A DNA stretch of 64,000 nt from NCBI GenBank assembly GCA_945905715.1, contig CAMDPW010000003.1, forward strand, positions 105 to 64,104, in the 5' to 3' direction. Origin of the DNA: Rickettsia typhi (GTDB lineage: Bacteria > Pseudomonadota > Alphaproteobacteria > Rickettsiales > JABSSG01). The translations under genes were made by a program, and so were the position numbers. The notes under the pieces were generated by a model. That model ran no database searches, had not been told where the DNA came from, and saw only the letters and a program-made list of their open reading frames with translations. Below, piece by piece: positions 1-8,473 of the stretch; position 1 is the stretch's first letter, and every line of letters starts with the position of its first letter.

Positions 1-210
1 CATTTTATCAATTGATCCGGGCTTTACTTTTATAATTTCTACCAATGTCTTATCATGAAATACTACATATGGCGAAACATTTTGCGCTTTCGCTATTTCT
101 AATCTTTTTGATTTTAACAACATTAATAAATCTTTTTCTTTCCGCGTTTCTATTTTTAGTAATTTTATGTGCTCTTGGGTTTCTTGCTTATTTTCTGCTT
201 TATTTTTCAT
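1..210 (-). pseudogene. HRDC-domain fragment (RecQ C-terminal-like), runs off the left edge
   Basis: Minus-strand frame from ATG at 208-210 reads MKNKAENKQETQEHIKLLKIETRKEKDLLMLLKSKRLEIAKAQNVSPYVVFHDKTLVEIIKVKPGSIDKM. The segment L..R..IAK..NV.PYVVFHDKTL.EI matches the HRDC consensus of RecQ helicases. No helicase core lies upstream: an in-frame stop is at 235-237 and 235-467 is noncoding. Confidence 0.45.
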
Positions 211-467
211 TTTAGCTCTCTTACCATATTTAGCCTACTTTGGCACTCTGAAAATTTCATGCAATTGTCCTGTATCTTCTCCCCACGATAACGGCAATAT
301 ACTCTTAAGTGAAATAACATTACCACAAACCTATCTCTCTTTAATTCTCATCCATTAGCTCTATATAAATCTGTCCATATGTTATAAACTTGTACATAAA
401 ACACATTCATGTTGATATGAATATGAAAAAAAATGCTATACTTTCACCTTAAATTAAAGGTATAGAT

Positions 468-1385
468 ATGATAGATATTCTGGATCATTCATTAGAGCAG
501 TGCCCTAGTACTTATTTCGATTCTTTAGCACCAGTAAGCGCGAATAATTTTTGTTATGTTGATGAAGGACAATACCTACATGAAGAATTCCACCAAGTTA
601 TTGCGCAATTAAGCCTTGAACAGCCGGCTTTAAGCTTTGATCTTAGGTTGTCAGCGGATGATAAAAATCTTTTAAACCAGTTGCATATATATACTGAGCA
701 AAAATACAACAATTTTGGGGATCTACAAAATCTAAGTAGTGGTTTGAAACTTTTTATTGAATCATTAGCTCCTGAAAATGATAAAATTTCCAATCCGATA
801 ACTGAGCTTATTGTTAAATTAGTAAATAACGTAGTATTAGATGAATCTGCTGTGGTTAGCGCTAGAGCTTCTGTTGGAACCTCTCAATTTGATTTCCATG
901 ATTGGCATACAGACCCTTGCATAGCTCAAATTTTGGATCACACTTCTGATGATCGAGGCTGTAAGAAAAATGAGCATATTGCGGTATTTTCTCTTAAAGG
1001 ACCTTCAACTTTATTTTCCTTACTTCCAGCCGAAAAGAGAGCTGTATCTCTCTTAGAGCTAGCCGAAAGGAGTGAAGAGTTTAACTTGAAAGCTAATGTT
1101 AGGAATTATTTTGGCAACGAAACGCACGCTCCGTTAATATCAATAGATTCAACCGATAATTACGTTGATTATGAATTGCTAAAGAGACAAGAATTAGAAA
1201 AAATGATAGATACTTTTGGTACATTTTCAGGCAATTTTGGGCAAGAATATGCTTTTTTAACAGGTACCTATGGCGCTGTTCACGCGGTACCACCCATACA
1301 TGAAGAACGACTTTTTATTGCTGTATCATCGGCAAATCAAGAGGAAATCAAGAAGATAAAACTACTTTCAGAGTCCTCACTATAG
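468..1385 (+). CDS. hypothetical protein with HxD...H motif (possible 2OG-Fe(II) oxygenase/cupin-like fold)
   Basis: 305-aa ORF with no signal peptide. It contains FHDWHTDP (H-x-D) and, about 125 residues later, YGAVHAVPPIHEERLFIAVS (His followed by Arg at +9). I recognise no family. Confidence 0.55.
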   Translation: MIDILDHSLEQCPSTYFDSLAPVSANNFCYVDEGQYLHEEFHQVIAQLSLEQPALSFDLRLSADDKNLLNQLHIYTEQKYNNFGDLQNLSSGLKLFIESLAPENDKISNPITELIVKLVNNVVLDESAVVSARASVGTSQFDFHDWHTDPCIAQILDHTSDDRGCKKNEHIAVFSLKGPSTLFSLLPAEKRAVSLLELAERSEEFNLKANVRNYFGNETHAPLISIDSTDNYVDYELLKRQELEKMIDTFGTFSGNFGQEYAFLTGTYGAVHAVPPIHEERLFIAVSSANQEEIKKIKLLSESSL

Positions 1386-1479
1386 TGGCCTAATAATAAT
1401 ATTTATTAGATTGAATACAACAAAGTTTTATAAAGCTTACTAAATAACTTTAGCTTCGTTTATTGTATGCTGACGACCT

Positions 1480-2715
1480 TTATGTATTGCATCGGCTATA
1501 TTTCGTTGAGATATATTCTTTTAAAATCACTTTAAATTCATCAGCTATATGATCACCACGCAAAGTATGAGTTTTTTGACCATCAATAAATACCGGTGCC
1601 ACAGGTAACTCACCACTTCCAGGCAAACTAATTCCTATATTAGCATGTTTGCTTTCGCCAGGGCCATTTACAATACATCCCATCACTGCAATATTCATTG
1701 TTTCAACACCTGGGTACAAATCTTTCCAGACCGGCATATTTTCAGCGATATAACCTTGGATATTTTCTGCTAATTCCTGAAAATAGGTGCTGGTTGTTCT
1801 TCCACAACCTGGACAAGCACTGATTTGGGGAGTAAATGACCGTAAGCCTAGAGATTGCAAAACTTCCTGACAAACTGTTACTTCTTTTGTTCGAGAATCA
1901 CCAGGACTTGGCGTTAGAGAAGCGCGAATTGTATCGCCAATTCCTTGTTGCAATAATATTGAGAGCCCGGCAGTCGTAGCAACAATGCCTTTACTACCCA
2001 TACCGGCTTCTGTTAGCCCTAAATGCAGCGCATAACTTGAACGTTTTGCAAGCTCCTGATAAACTACAATCAAATCTTGAACTCGGCTTACTTTAGCAGA
2101 AATCACAATCTTACTTGCCGGCAACCCAATGCCTTCAGCATGCTTCGCGCTGAGCAGGGTAGAGCACACTAAAGCTTCGCGCATCACTTCATCAGCAGAT
2201 TTTGGCTCAGGCAACTTACTGTTTTCATCCATTAATTTGGTAGATAAATCCTGATCCAGACTTCCCCAATTTACACCAACTCGCACCGGCTTATTATGCT
2301 TAATCGCACATTCAATCATCATCTCAAATTGTCGATCACGTTTTTGGCCGAACCCAACATTGCCAGGGTTGATCCGGTATTTAGCAAGTGCAATTGCGCA
2401 TTCAGGATAATCAGTAAGCAGCTTATGGCCATTATAATGAAAGCAACCGACTAAAGGAATATGCAAATTTTCTTTAAGTAGCATTTCATAAATCAATGGC
2501 ACAGCCTTTGCCGCTGCATCATTATTTACTGTAATTCTAACTATTTCAGAACCAGCCAAATGAAGTTCTTTGATTTGCTTAAATGTAGCAAATGCATCAG
2601 CGGTATCGGTATTAGTCATACTCTGAACTAATATCGGAACATCGCCGCCAATAACAAAATTGCCTATCTTTACCGGTGTTGTTTTATGACGTTTGATGCT
2701 CGTGAGTGCGACCAT
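1480..2715 (-). CDS. ispG: 4-hydroxy-3-methylbut-2-en-1-yl diphosphate synthase (MEP pathway)
   Basis: 411-aa full-length GcpE/IspG-like ORF. C-terminal Fe-S cysteine motifs are [10 protein letters not shown] and GCIVNGPGE. Confidence 0.95.
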   Translation of the reverse strand: MVALTSIKRHKTTPVKIGNFVIGGDVPILVQSMTNTDTADAFATFKQIKELHLAGSEIVRITVNNDAAAKAVPLIYEMLLKENLHIPLVGCFHYNGHKLLTDYPECAIALAKYRINPGNVGFGQKRDRQFEMMIECAIKHNKPVRVGVNWGSLDQDLSTKLMDENSKLPEPKSADEVMREALVCSTLLSAKHAEGIGLPASKIVISAKVSRVQDLIVVYQELAKRSSYALHLGLTEAGMGSKGIVATTAGLSILLQQGIGDTIRASLTPSPGDSRTKEVTVCQEVLQSLGLRSFTPQISACPGCGRTTSTYFQELAENIQGYIAENMPVWKDLYPGVETMNIAVMGCIVNGPGESKHANIGISLPGSGELPVAPVFIDGQKTHTLRGDHIADEFKVILKEYISTKYSRCNT

Positions 2716-2797
2716 GAAATACCTAATTTAGTATCTTTGCTTTAGTTAAAAGTATATGAGATTATCGCTTTAAATCAAGTCATATTAAGGAATACGC

Positions 2798-3421
2798 ATG
2801 CAATATAAATCAATCATTAGCTTAGAAGCCCTTATGGAAAATTGCGTTTCTGTTCATCCTGACATACAAGTTAAAGAAGCTTGGAGAAAAGTGGCAATAG
2901 ATGGTGAACTCATATCAAAAGATGAAGATGCAGCGAATAGACCAACATTTGTTGGCGGAATTCAAGCTTGTTATGAATCTTCAATGACTGAGTTGCTTAA
3001 ATCTCATAGTGATTCCGGTACGGTATGTGTGATTCATACAAGACTTCCACCAACTCCGTTAAGAACAGATGGTGTTGCACTTGCCCCCCAAGGACTTGTT
3101 TCTCTAGAAATTGCTGCTCATCCCCAACGATTATCAACTGTTCTTATACGTCCAAATATATTAAGAAGTTTTTTAGAAACCGGTGGAAGAGTAATTGCTG
3201 CTTATCCTAAAAATGCTTCATATGATGAAATACCAGGGATTGGAATATATAATGCTTTGCTAGAAAAATATCCGGATAATTTGGTTGATCATCCAATAAA
3301 AGATTTACCTGATGAGTATTCAGGTGCTACTTGTTTAACCAAAGGTAAAAATCATAAAATAGCTTTATTTTCTATTGCAGCAACCCAAGCTAGTAGTCCT
3401 GGTAATGAAATGGGAGTTTGA
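2798..3421 (+). CDS. hypothetical protein; frame stays open for 50 more codons after an in-frame TGA (to 3574)
   Basis: 207-aa ORF ends at TGA 3419-3421. The same frame continues FEHLADGQALAANTRFNFVDEFLKMQGIDLMGELSEQYNILNTMGEAREL to TAA 3572-3574. No recognisable family. Confidence 0.5.
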   Translation: MQYKSIISLEALMENCVSVHPDIQVKEAWRKVAIDGELISKDEDAANRPTFVGGIQACYESSMTELLKSHSDSGTVCVIHTRLPPTPLRTDGVALAPQGLVSLEIAAHPQRLSTVLIRPNILRSFLETGGRVIAAYPKNASYDEIPGIGIYNALLEKYPDNLVDHPIKDLPDEYSGATCLTKGKNHKIALFSIAATQASSPGNEMGV

Positions 3422-4037
3422 TTTGAGCATTTGGCAGACGGCCAGGCTTTAGCAGCTAATACAAGATTTAATTTTGTAGACGAGTTCTTGAAAATGCAAG
3501 GCATTGACCTAATGGGAGAGCTGTCTGAACAGTATAATATACTAAATACAATGGGTGAAGCTAGGGAATTATAAATATTTATGTAGAAATGTAGCATAAG
3601 GCTATAAGTGTCTATATACTTAAGCTTCAGAAGACATTTTTAATGATTTTATAAAAATTCTTTCCCAAAAAAGAAATGATGTTCTGTTTTTAAACTCTAC
3701 ATAAAATCTACTCTTTAGCGTTATATTCTTCATAACTTTCCCTTTAAAAATTTTTTACGAGGAAAGTGTGCTTTTTTACTTAAAAATAGTAAAATTTTGT
3801 CCTAAAAAACATTCCCTAAAGTGCCATATTTACAGAAAGTAACGAGATTTTTGCTTATCTCCTACTAAGATAAAAGATAGATCGAGACTTATAAAAGTTA
3901 ACATTACAAAACAACCCCAGTACTCTTTTTAGAGAGAGAGTATAAATTGTCAGTATATACATAATAAGCAGTAATTTAGTAAATTACACACTAGTTTATA
4001 AACCCATATTCCTGTGCAAAAGAAATCAAATAAAATC

Positions 4038-4442
4038 ATGAATCGAATGGACGCATAATTAGACCAAGGCAAACAGCTTGCACTACTTACAAAGTACAAT
4101 CTCCTGCAAAAGAAGGTGGGCATTCGTATTTCCATGCTTTGCAAATATTTTATCCATAGTCTTAACTGCGCAGTAGATGATCTCATTGGCTCCAGAAGGA
4201 GCAATGATGTCGTATCAAGCAGCATCAAGTCCATCTCCAAACCTCGCAATCTTCACGTATGGCACAACACACTTTATATTGAAGCGGTCAAACTCATCAG
4301 TAAAATTTTACATGAAAAAGACTTGCAGCTGAAATCTGAGCAAGTAATCACTCTGATCAACGAAAGCTACAAATACTCGCTGGATAAATGGTCAGATGAG
4401 ATGGATGTAGATTTTATGAGATGGCTAGTAGAGCGTTGCTAG
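4038..4442 (+). pseudogene. XRE/Cro-C1-type HTH regulator remnant with in-frame TAA
   Basis: ATG 4038 gives MNRMDA, then TAA at 4056-4058. The same frame continues LDQGKQLALLTKYNLPAKKVGIRISMLCKYFIHSLNCAVDDLIGS, an HTH_3-like ending (L.C.VDDLIG), and runs to 4442. It ends 58 nt from the tRNA remnant. Confidence 0.45.
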
Positions 4443-4452
4443 AGATTGAATT

Positions 4453-4472
4453 TGTAGAACATGCGTAGAACG
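4453..4472. repeat. 20-nt motif TGTAGAACATGCGTAGAACG, copy 1, just 3' of the pseudo-tRNA
   Basis: Matches 4598-4617 (TGTAGAAAATGCGTAGAAAG) at 18 of 20 positions. Each copy lies 28-47 nt beyond the 3' end of a minus-strand tRNA or tRNA remnant. Confidence 0.6.
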
Positions 4473-4500
4473 TAACTAATATTTATAATCGCCGAAAGCC

Positions 4501-4549
4501 TGGTGCAACCGATATGGTTTGAGCCAACTACCCCCAAGATTAGGATCTT
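4501..4549 (-). pseudogene. tRNA-Arg(CCU) 3'-half remnant (att-like direct repeat)
   Basis: tggtgcaaccgaTATGGTTTGAGCCAACTACCCCCAAGATTAGGATCTT aligns with 19229-19277 of the intact tRNA-Arg(CCU), tggtgcaaccgaCAGGATTTGAACCTGTGACCCCAAGATTAGGAATCTT. It has the same orientation, about 9 mismatches and 1 indel. The T-stem no longer pairs and the 5' half is absent. Confidence 0.7.
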
Positions 4550-4597
4550 TAAGTCGTATTGTGACCATACTTAAAATTGATTATATTCTATTTCAAG

Positions 4598-4617
4598 TGT
4601 AGAAAATGCGTAGAAAG
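4598..4617. repeat. 20-nt motif, copy 2, just 3' of tRNA-Arg(UCG)
   Basis: See 4453-4472. Confidence 0.6.
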
Positions 4618-4664
4618 CGTGATGATTTTAGAAGTGAATGATTTTCTGCAATCCTTATTCAGCT

Positions 4665-4741
4665 TGGTGCACCCTGAGCGATTCGAACGCCCGACCTTTT
4701 GATTCGAAGTCAAATGCTCTATCCAGCTGAGCTAAGGGTGC
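4665..4741 (-). tRNA. tRNA-Arg (anticodon UCG)
   Basis: The reverse complement GCACCCTTAGCTCAGCTGGATAGAGCATTTGACTTCGAATCAAAAGGTCGGGCGTTCGAATCGCTCAGGGTGCACCA folds as a cloverleaf. Acceptor is GCACCCT/AGGGTGC, the anticodon loop is CTTCGAA, and CCA is encoded. Confidence 0.93.
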
Positions 4742-4805
4742 ATAATAGCGGAATGTGAGTCATAATATAGCTTCTTCACTAAGATTTCAACGTTAATAAT
4801 TCTTA

Positions 4806-4889
4806 CTATAATAAACTCACTTAAATTAGATGTTATGATGTGTTATTAGTAAAATCAAAAACACATGACCACAAAAGCATATAGTAACG
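4806..4889 (+). mobile_element. IS630-family element, solo 5' end (terminal region plus the first 25 nt of the transposase ORF)
   Basis: The 84 nt are 80/84 identical to the reverse complement of 17248-17331. They include ATGACCACAAAAGCATATAGTAACG (MTTKAYSN). Similarity stops abruptly at 4889. Confidence 0.75.
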
Positions 4890-4894
4890 TTAAG

Positions 4895-5520
4895 CCTGAT
4901 CAATTTGAAAAAAGCCATTAATGAGAACGCTAAATGGTTCATTTTAAATTCACCAAGTAAATCCATTCAGCTAGCTTTAAAAGGTGTTTTGGCATAGGTA
5001 AAATTTGTAAGGACTCGATCACACCACCAAGACCAAATCTTATATTCAAAAACCATACTAGAAAGTAGCAAGATGTTCTGGTGGATGTACAAGAGAAAAC
5101 TTGTGATATGTCCCAGCTAATGTCGATTTTAAGTTTTCAAAAAATGGCATTCACCCAATTTAAACAAAAGCGTCTTAATCAGGTTCTTTGCTATCACCAA
5201 CAATTACAGCTGTATGTTTGAAGCAAAGACTATGTTCAACTTGATCAGCATCGAGTGATTTTCACCGTTCTTTTTAACGGCAGCAAGAAATAGGATTGTG
5301 TTTTTGAACCACGACCATGCTTTCTTTTCTTCTTTCCTACCCAATAAGTGTCATCAATTTCAACCGCTCCTGCAAGAGGTTTTTCAACATCTCTCCCCAT
5401 TTACTTGTGCTAGTTTATGATAAATTATCGCTCCAGTATTCGCCGAAATATCCAATTGTCTGGCTAGTTCAAGTTGCGAGATACTACTATCTGAGCTCTA
5501 CAAGAATTATATTGAAATGT
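4895..5520 (-). pseudogene. IS1595 (ISXO2-like) family transposase, multiply frameshifted
   Basis: The minus strand reads SISQLELARQLDISANTGAIIYHKLAQVNG, then MGRDVEKPLAGAVEIDDTYWVGKKKRKHGRGSKTQ (the VEIDETYiGGk.k.GRG signature), then FKSTLAGTYHKFS (GtYH.vs motif). Stops and frame changes separate the blocks. Confidence 0.65.
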
Positions 5521-5918
5521 AAATTTCTAATTTTTTTTTAAGCAACAGCAAGTCATATAACTGCATTCAGACAACAAAATCCTTAGGTCAACGTAGTTTC
5601 CTAAGCTTATCAAAACACTGTTTTTTTTCAGTACCATAATTTTCTAGAAATTTTACTAAACTGATACCTATTCTGAAATTGAATTTTGTTCTGCTTCATA
5701 CCTATTTTTCTCATAGCATCTTATTTCTATGGTTTTTTTCATACCATTAAAACTTGACCAAGATATTTTGGAATCAGGCAAAAGAATAACGTATGATTAG
5801 TAATAAAGCTCTAATGCCTATAACGCGATTGTAGTGGTATTAACAAAAAATACAAATGCTAATCTTGGAGAGTTCTGGAGTTTTGTGTCCAGTACAGGTT
5901 TCTACCTAGAAAATATTT

Positions 5919-7319
5919 TTATAGAGACGAGATTGCATAGAGGCCTGCTATCAATATTATGCTAACAATGACTAGCTCAGCTCGTGTAAATATTTTACTA
6001 CCACTACTGATTCTAGTCGCAATATAAACGATCGTACCAACTACGTAGAGAGTAGTGGATAGTAATAAATATACTCCTGCTGCATATAGTAGCCATGCGC
6101 AATATAATAATGCTACAGAGGATACAATACAATTTCTGATTCTATCATGATTATCATATTCGTATGTTTTCCCAGTCACAGATAACATCAAAGAATACGC
6201 AGCTGATAGAAAATACGGAATGATTATCATAGCTGTAGCAAGTGATAAAGTTTTTAAGTATCCAGAATGGCTGAAGTAAGCAATTATTATGTATATTTGC
6301 TGGAATAATGCAGTAACATATAGCGATCCAATCGGAGAAGTAGTAGCATTGGTTTTTGCAAAAATTTTTGGGAACAGCCGATCTCGCACTGCAGCTGTAT
6401 ACGGAACTTCTGCAGCAAGCAATATCCACGCTAAAAGAGCTCCTAATATAGCAATAAGCATCGCTAGATCTATGAATTTCTTTCCTATACTGCCTACAAT
6501 GTGCTCAAGTATTCCAGCTGTTGAAGGGGTAGATAGAGTAGCTAATTCATGTGTGTGAAATATACCAAATGGTAGTACAGAAACCATAAAAAGAATAACA
6601 AAGACCACCAAAAAACCTATAACCGTAGCATGCCCTATATCTTGGCGTTTTTTGGCACGCCCAGAAAAAACACAGGCGCTTTCAATACCTATAAAAACCC
6701 ACAATGTAATAAGCATTGTTTCTTTTACTTGAGTAAATACTGTTGTTCCAATACTTACCCCCCAAATATCATGATTAAAAACCTTAAAATCAAAGCCATA
6801 AATTACAAACGCAATAAATATCAGTATTGCAATAACCTTTATAGCTGTTGTAATAAGATTAAGAAATGAGGCAGATTTCACGCCTTTTGCACATAAGGCT
6901 GTAATGCTCCAGATTAGAATTGAGCTGACAATCAATGAAGCTGAATTAGTACCATCACCGAAAATTGGAAGAAAAGCTGATAACGAAGAACATAGCATGA
7001 TAACAAAAGCTACATTTCCCATCCAAGCAGATATCCAATACCCCCATGCTGAATTAAATCCCATATAATCTCCAAATCCTGCTTTAGCGTAAGCATATAT
7101 ACCAGCATCTAAGTTTGGTTTACGTAGTGATAACTCTTTAAATACCAACGCTAAACATAACATTCCTATAAATGTGATGCTCCAACCAATTAATGTTGGC
7201 GCTAAAGCAGATCTCAGTGCTATATCAGAGGGCAAATCAAACAGTCCAGACCCAATCATAGAACCTACTACTAGAGCTATTAAAACTACAACTCCAACTT
7301 TATTATTTTTACATGTCAT
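5919..7319 (-). CDS. arcD: arginine/ornithine antiporter (APC superfamily, APA family)
   Basis: 466-aa polytopic membrane ORF. The N-terminus LIALVVGSMIGSGLFDLPSDIA...LIGWSITFIGML...GIYAYAKAGFGDYMGFNSAWGYW resembles ArcD/YdgI. It is the last gene of an arcABC cluster. Confidence 0.85.
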   Translation of the reverse strand: MTCKNNKVGVVVLIALVVGSMIGSGLFDLPSDIALRSALAPTLIGWSITFIGMLCLALVFKELSLRKPNLDAGIYAYAKAGFGDYMGFNSAWGYWISAWMGNVAFVIMLCSSLSAFLPIFGDGTNSASLIVSSILIWSITALCAKGVKSASFLNLITTAIKVIAILIFIAFVIYGFDFKVFNHDIWGVSIGTTVFTQVKETMLITLWVFIGIESACVFSGRAKKRQDIGHATVIGFLVVFVILFMVSVLPFGIFHTHELATLSTPSTAGILEHIVGSIGKKFIDLAMLIAILGALLAWILLAAEVPYTAAVRDRLFPKIFAKTNATTSPIGSLYVTALFQQIYIIIAYFSHSGYLKTLSLATAMIIIPYFLSAAYSLMLSVTGKTYEYDNHDRIRNCIVSSVALLYCAWLLYAAGVYLLLSTTLYVVGTIVYIATRISSGSKIFTRAELVIVSIILIAGLYAISSL

Positions 7320-7345
7320 TTTTTATGTTTTTATAGGTTTAAAGA

Positions 7346-8305
7346 TTATGATCCAATAGTAGTTCCAGTTAAACCAGCCAAGGCCTCACAAGCTTTAGCT
7401 AGAGATGTAATGATAGAGATACGACCATGTTTTGATTGCGTAAACTGGATTGCAGCTTGCACTTTAGGTAGCATTGATCCTGGTGCAAATTCCTTGTTTT
7501 CAATGTAGTGCAATGCTTCTGCAGTAGATATAACATCTAGATTTTTTTGATTTGATTTATTGAAATTGATGGAGATTTTTTCTACCGTAGTTAGGATTAG
7601 TAGTAGATCGGCATCTAAAATTTCCGCGAGTTTAGCCGCAGCAAAATCCTTGTCTATGACGGCTTCAGCACCTCTGATAATGTTTAAATCTTTAATCACA
7701 GGAATACCACCGCCACCACATGCAATTACTATATTATTTGCATAAAAAAGTGACTTAATAATATCTTTTTGCAAAATATCTAAAGGTTTAGGTGAGGCTA
7801 TAACTCTTCTCCATCCACGTCCAGCATCCTCTTTCATTGTAATACCAAGAGCAGACATCATATCTCTTGCTTCTTCTTGGGAATAAAAAGATCCTATAGG
7901 TTTTGTTGGATTGGAGAACCCTTGATCGTCTTTATCTACTTCTACTTGCGTGACTATTGTTGCTACTTGCCTATCTATCCCATAATTGACTAATGCTTCA
8001 TTTAGAGCGTTTTGTAGGTGGTATCCTATATAACCTTGGGAAAATGCTCCGCATATATCTATACCGAATAACTGATGCTTATTGTTTGCTTTGTGTGCTG
8101 ATGCAACAATTTCCATGATTTCACCAACCTGTGGTCCATTACCATGTACTATGGCAATTTGACAGCCATTTTTGATTAATTGCATAATATTCTGACTTGT
8201 TTGTTTGCAAGCACGGATTTGATCTTCTACAAGAATGCTGGTACCAGCTTGCAAAGCATTGCCGCCTAATGCTATAACAATACGAGAATAAAATTGCGTA
8301 TTCAT
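7346..8305 (-). CDS. arcC: carbamate kinase
   Basis: Motifs IVIALGGNAL, HGNGPQVG and ACGGGGIPV. ATG at 8305 is preferred; the longest ORF starts at GTG 8317. Confidence 0.92.
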   Translation of the reverse strand: MNTQFYSRIVIALGGNALQAGTSILVEDQIRACKQTSQNIMQLIKNGCQIAIVHGNGPQVGEIMEIVASAHKANNKHQLFGIDICGAFSQGYIGYHLQNALNEALVNYGIDRQVATIVTQVEVDKDDQGFSNPTKPIGSFYSQEEARDMMSALGITMKEDAGRGWRRVIASPKPLDILQKDIIKSLFYANNIVIACGGGGIPVIKDLNIIRGAEAVIDKDFAAAKLAEILDADLLLILTTVEKISINFNKSNQKNLDVISTAEALHYIENKEFAPGSMLPKVQAAIQFTQSKHGRISIITSLAKACEALAGLTGTTIGS

Positions 8306-8473
8306 AAATAATACCACTTTATATATTGATCTTATACCAAGCTCTACTTTTCAATACGCACTATGAGTACAACAGCGAGCATAAAGTAGTATGATACTAA
8401 CTGAAACAGTTATCGTGCAATATGTAAGCATTAGGAATATATTTTTGTGCCATTACAATTGCTTTTCATTCTT

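Noticed and set aside
167-358. 63-aa plus-strand ORF at the left edge
   Set aside because: It overlaps the HRDC-encoding minus frame in antisense, has a hydrophobic low-complexity translation and has no supporting signals.
3419-3421. TGA reassigned to Trp (code 4-like), or selenocysteine, as the explanation for the in-frame TGA
   Set aside because: The roughly 50 conserved genes in the window are full length under the standard code with no internal TGA. I saw no SECIS-like hairpin directly after the codon. A nonsense mutation or readthrough is the simpler explanation.
3950-4249. 99-aa minus-strand ORF
   Set aside because: It is antisense to the XRE remnant, has a low-complexity hydrophobic translation typical of AT-rich antisense frames, and has no SD or recognisable motif.
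5317-5541. 74-aa plus-strand ORF
   Set aside because: It is antisense to the IS1595 transposase remnant, whose minus frame carries the VEIDDTYWVGKKKRKHGRGS signature.
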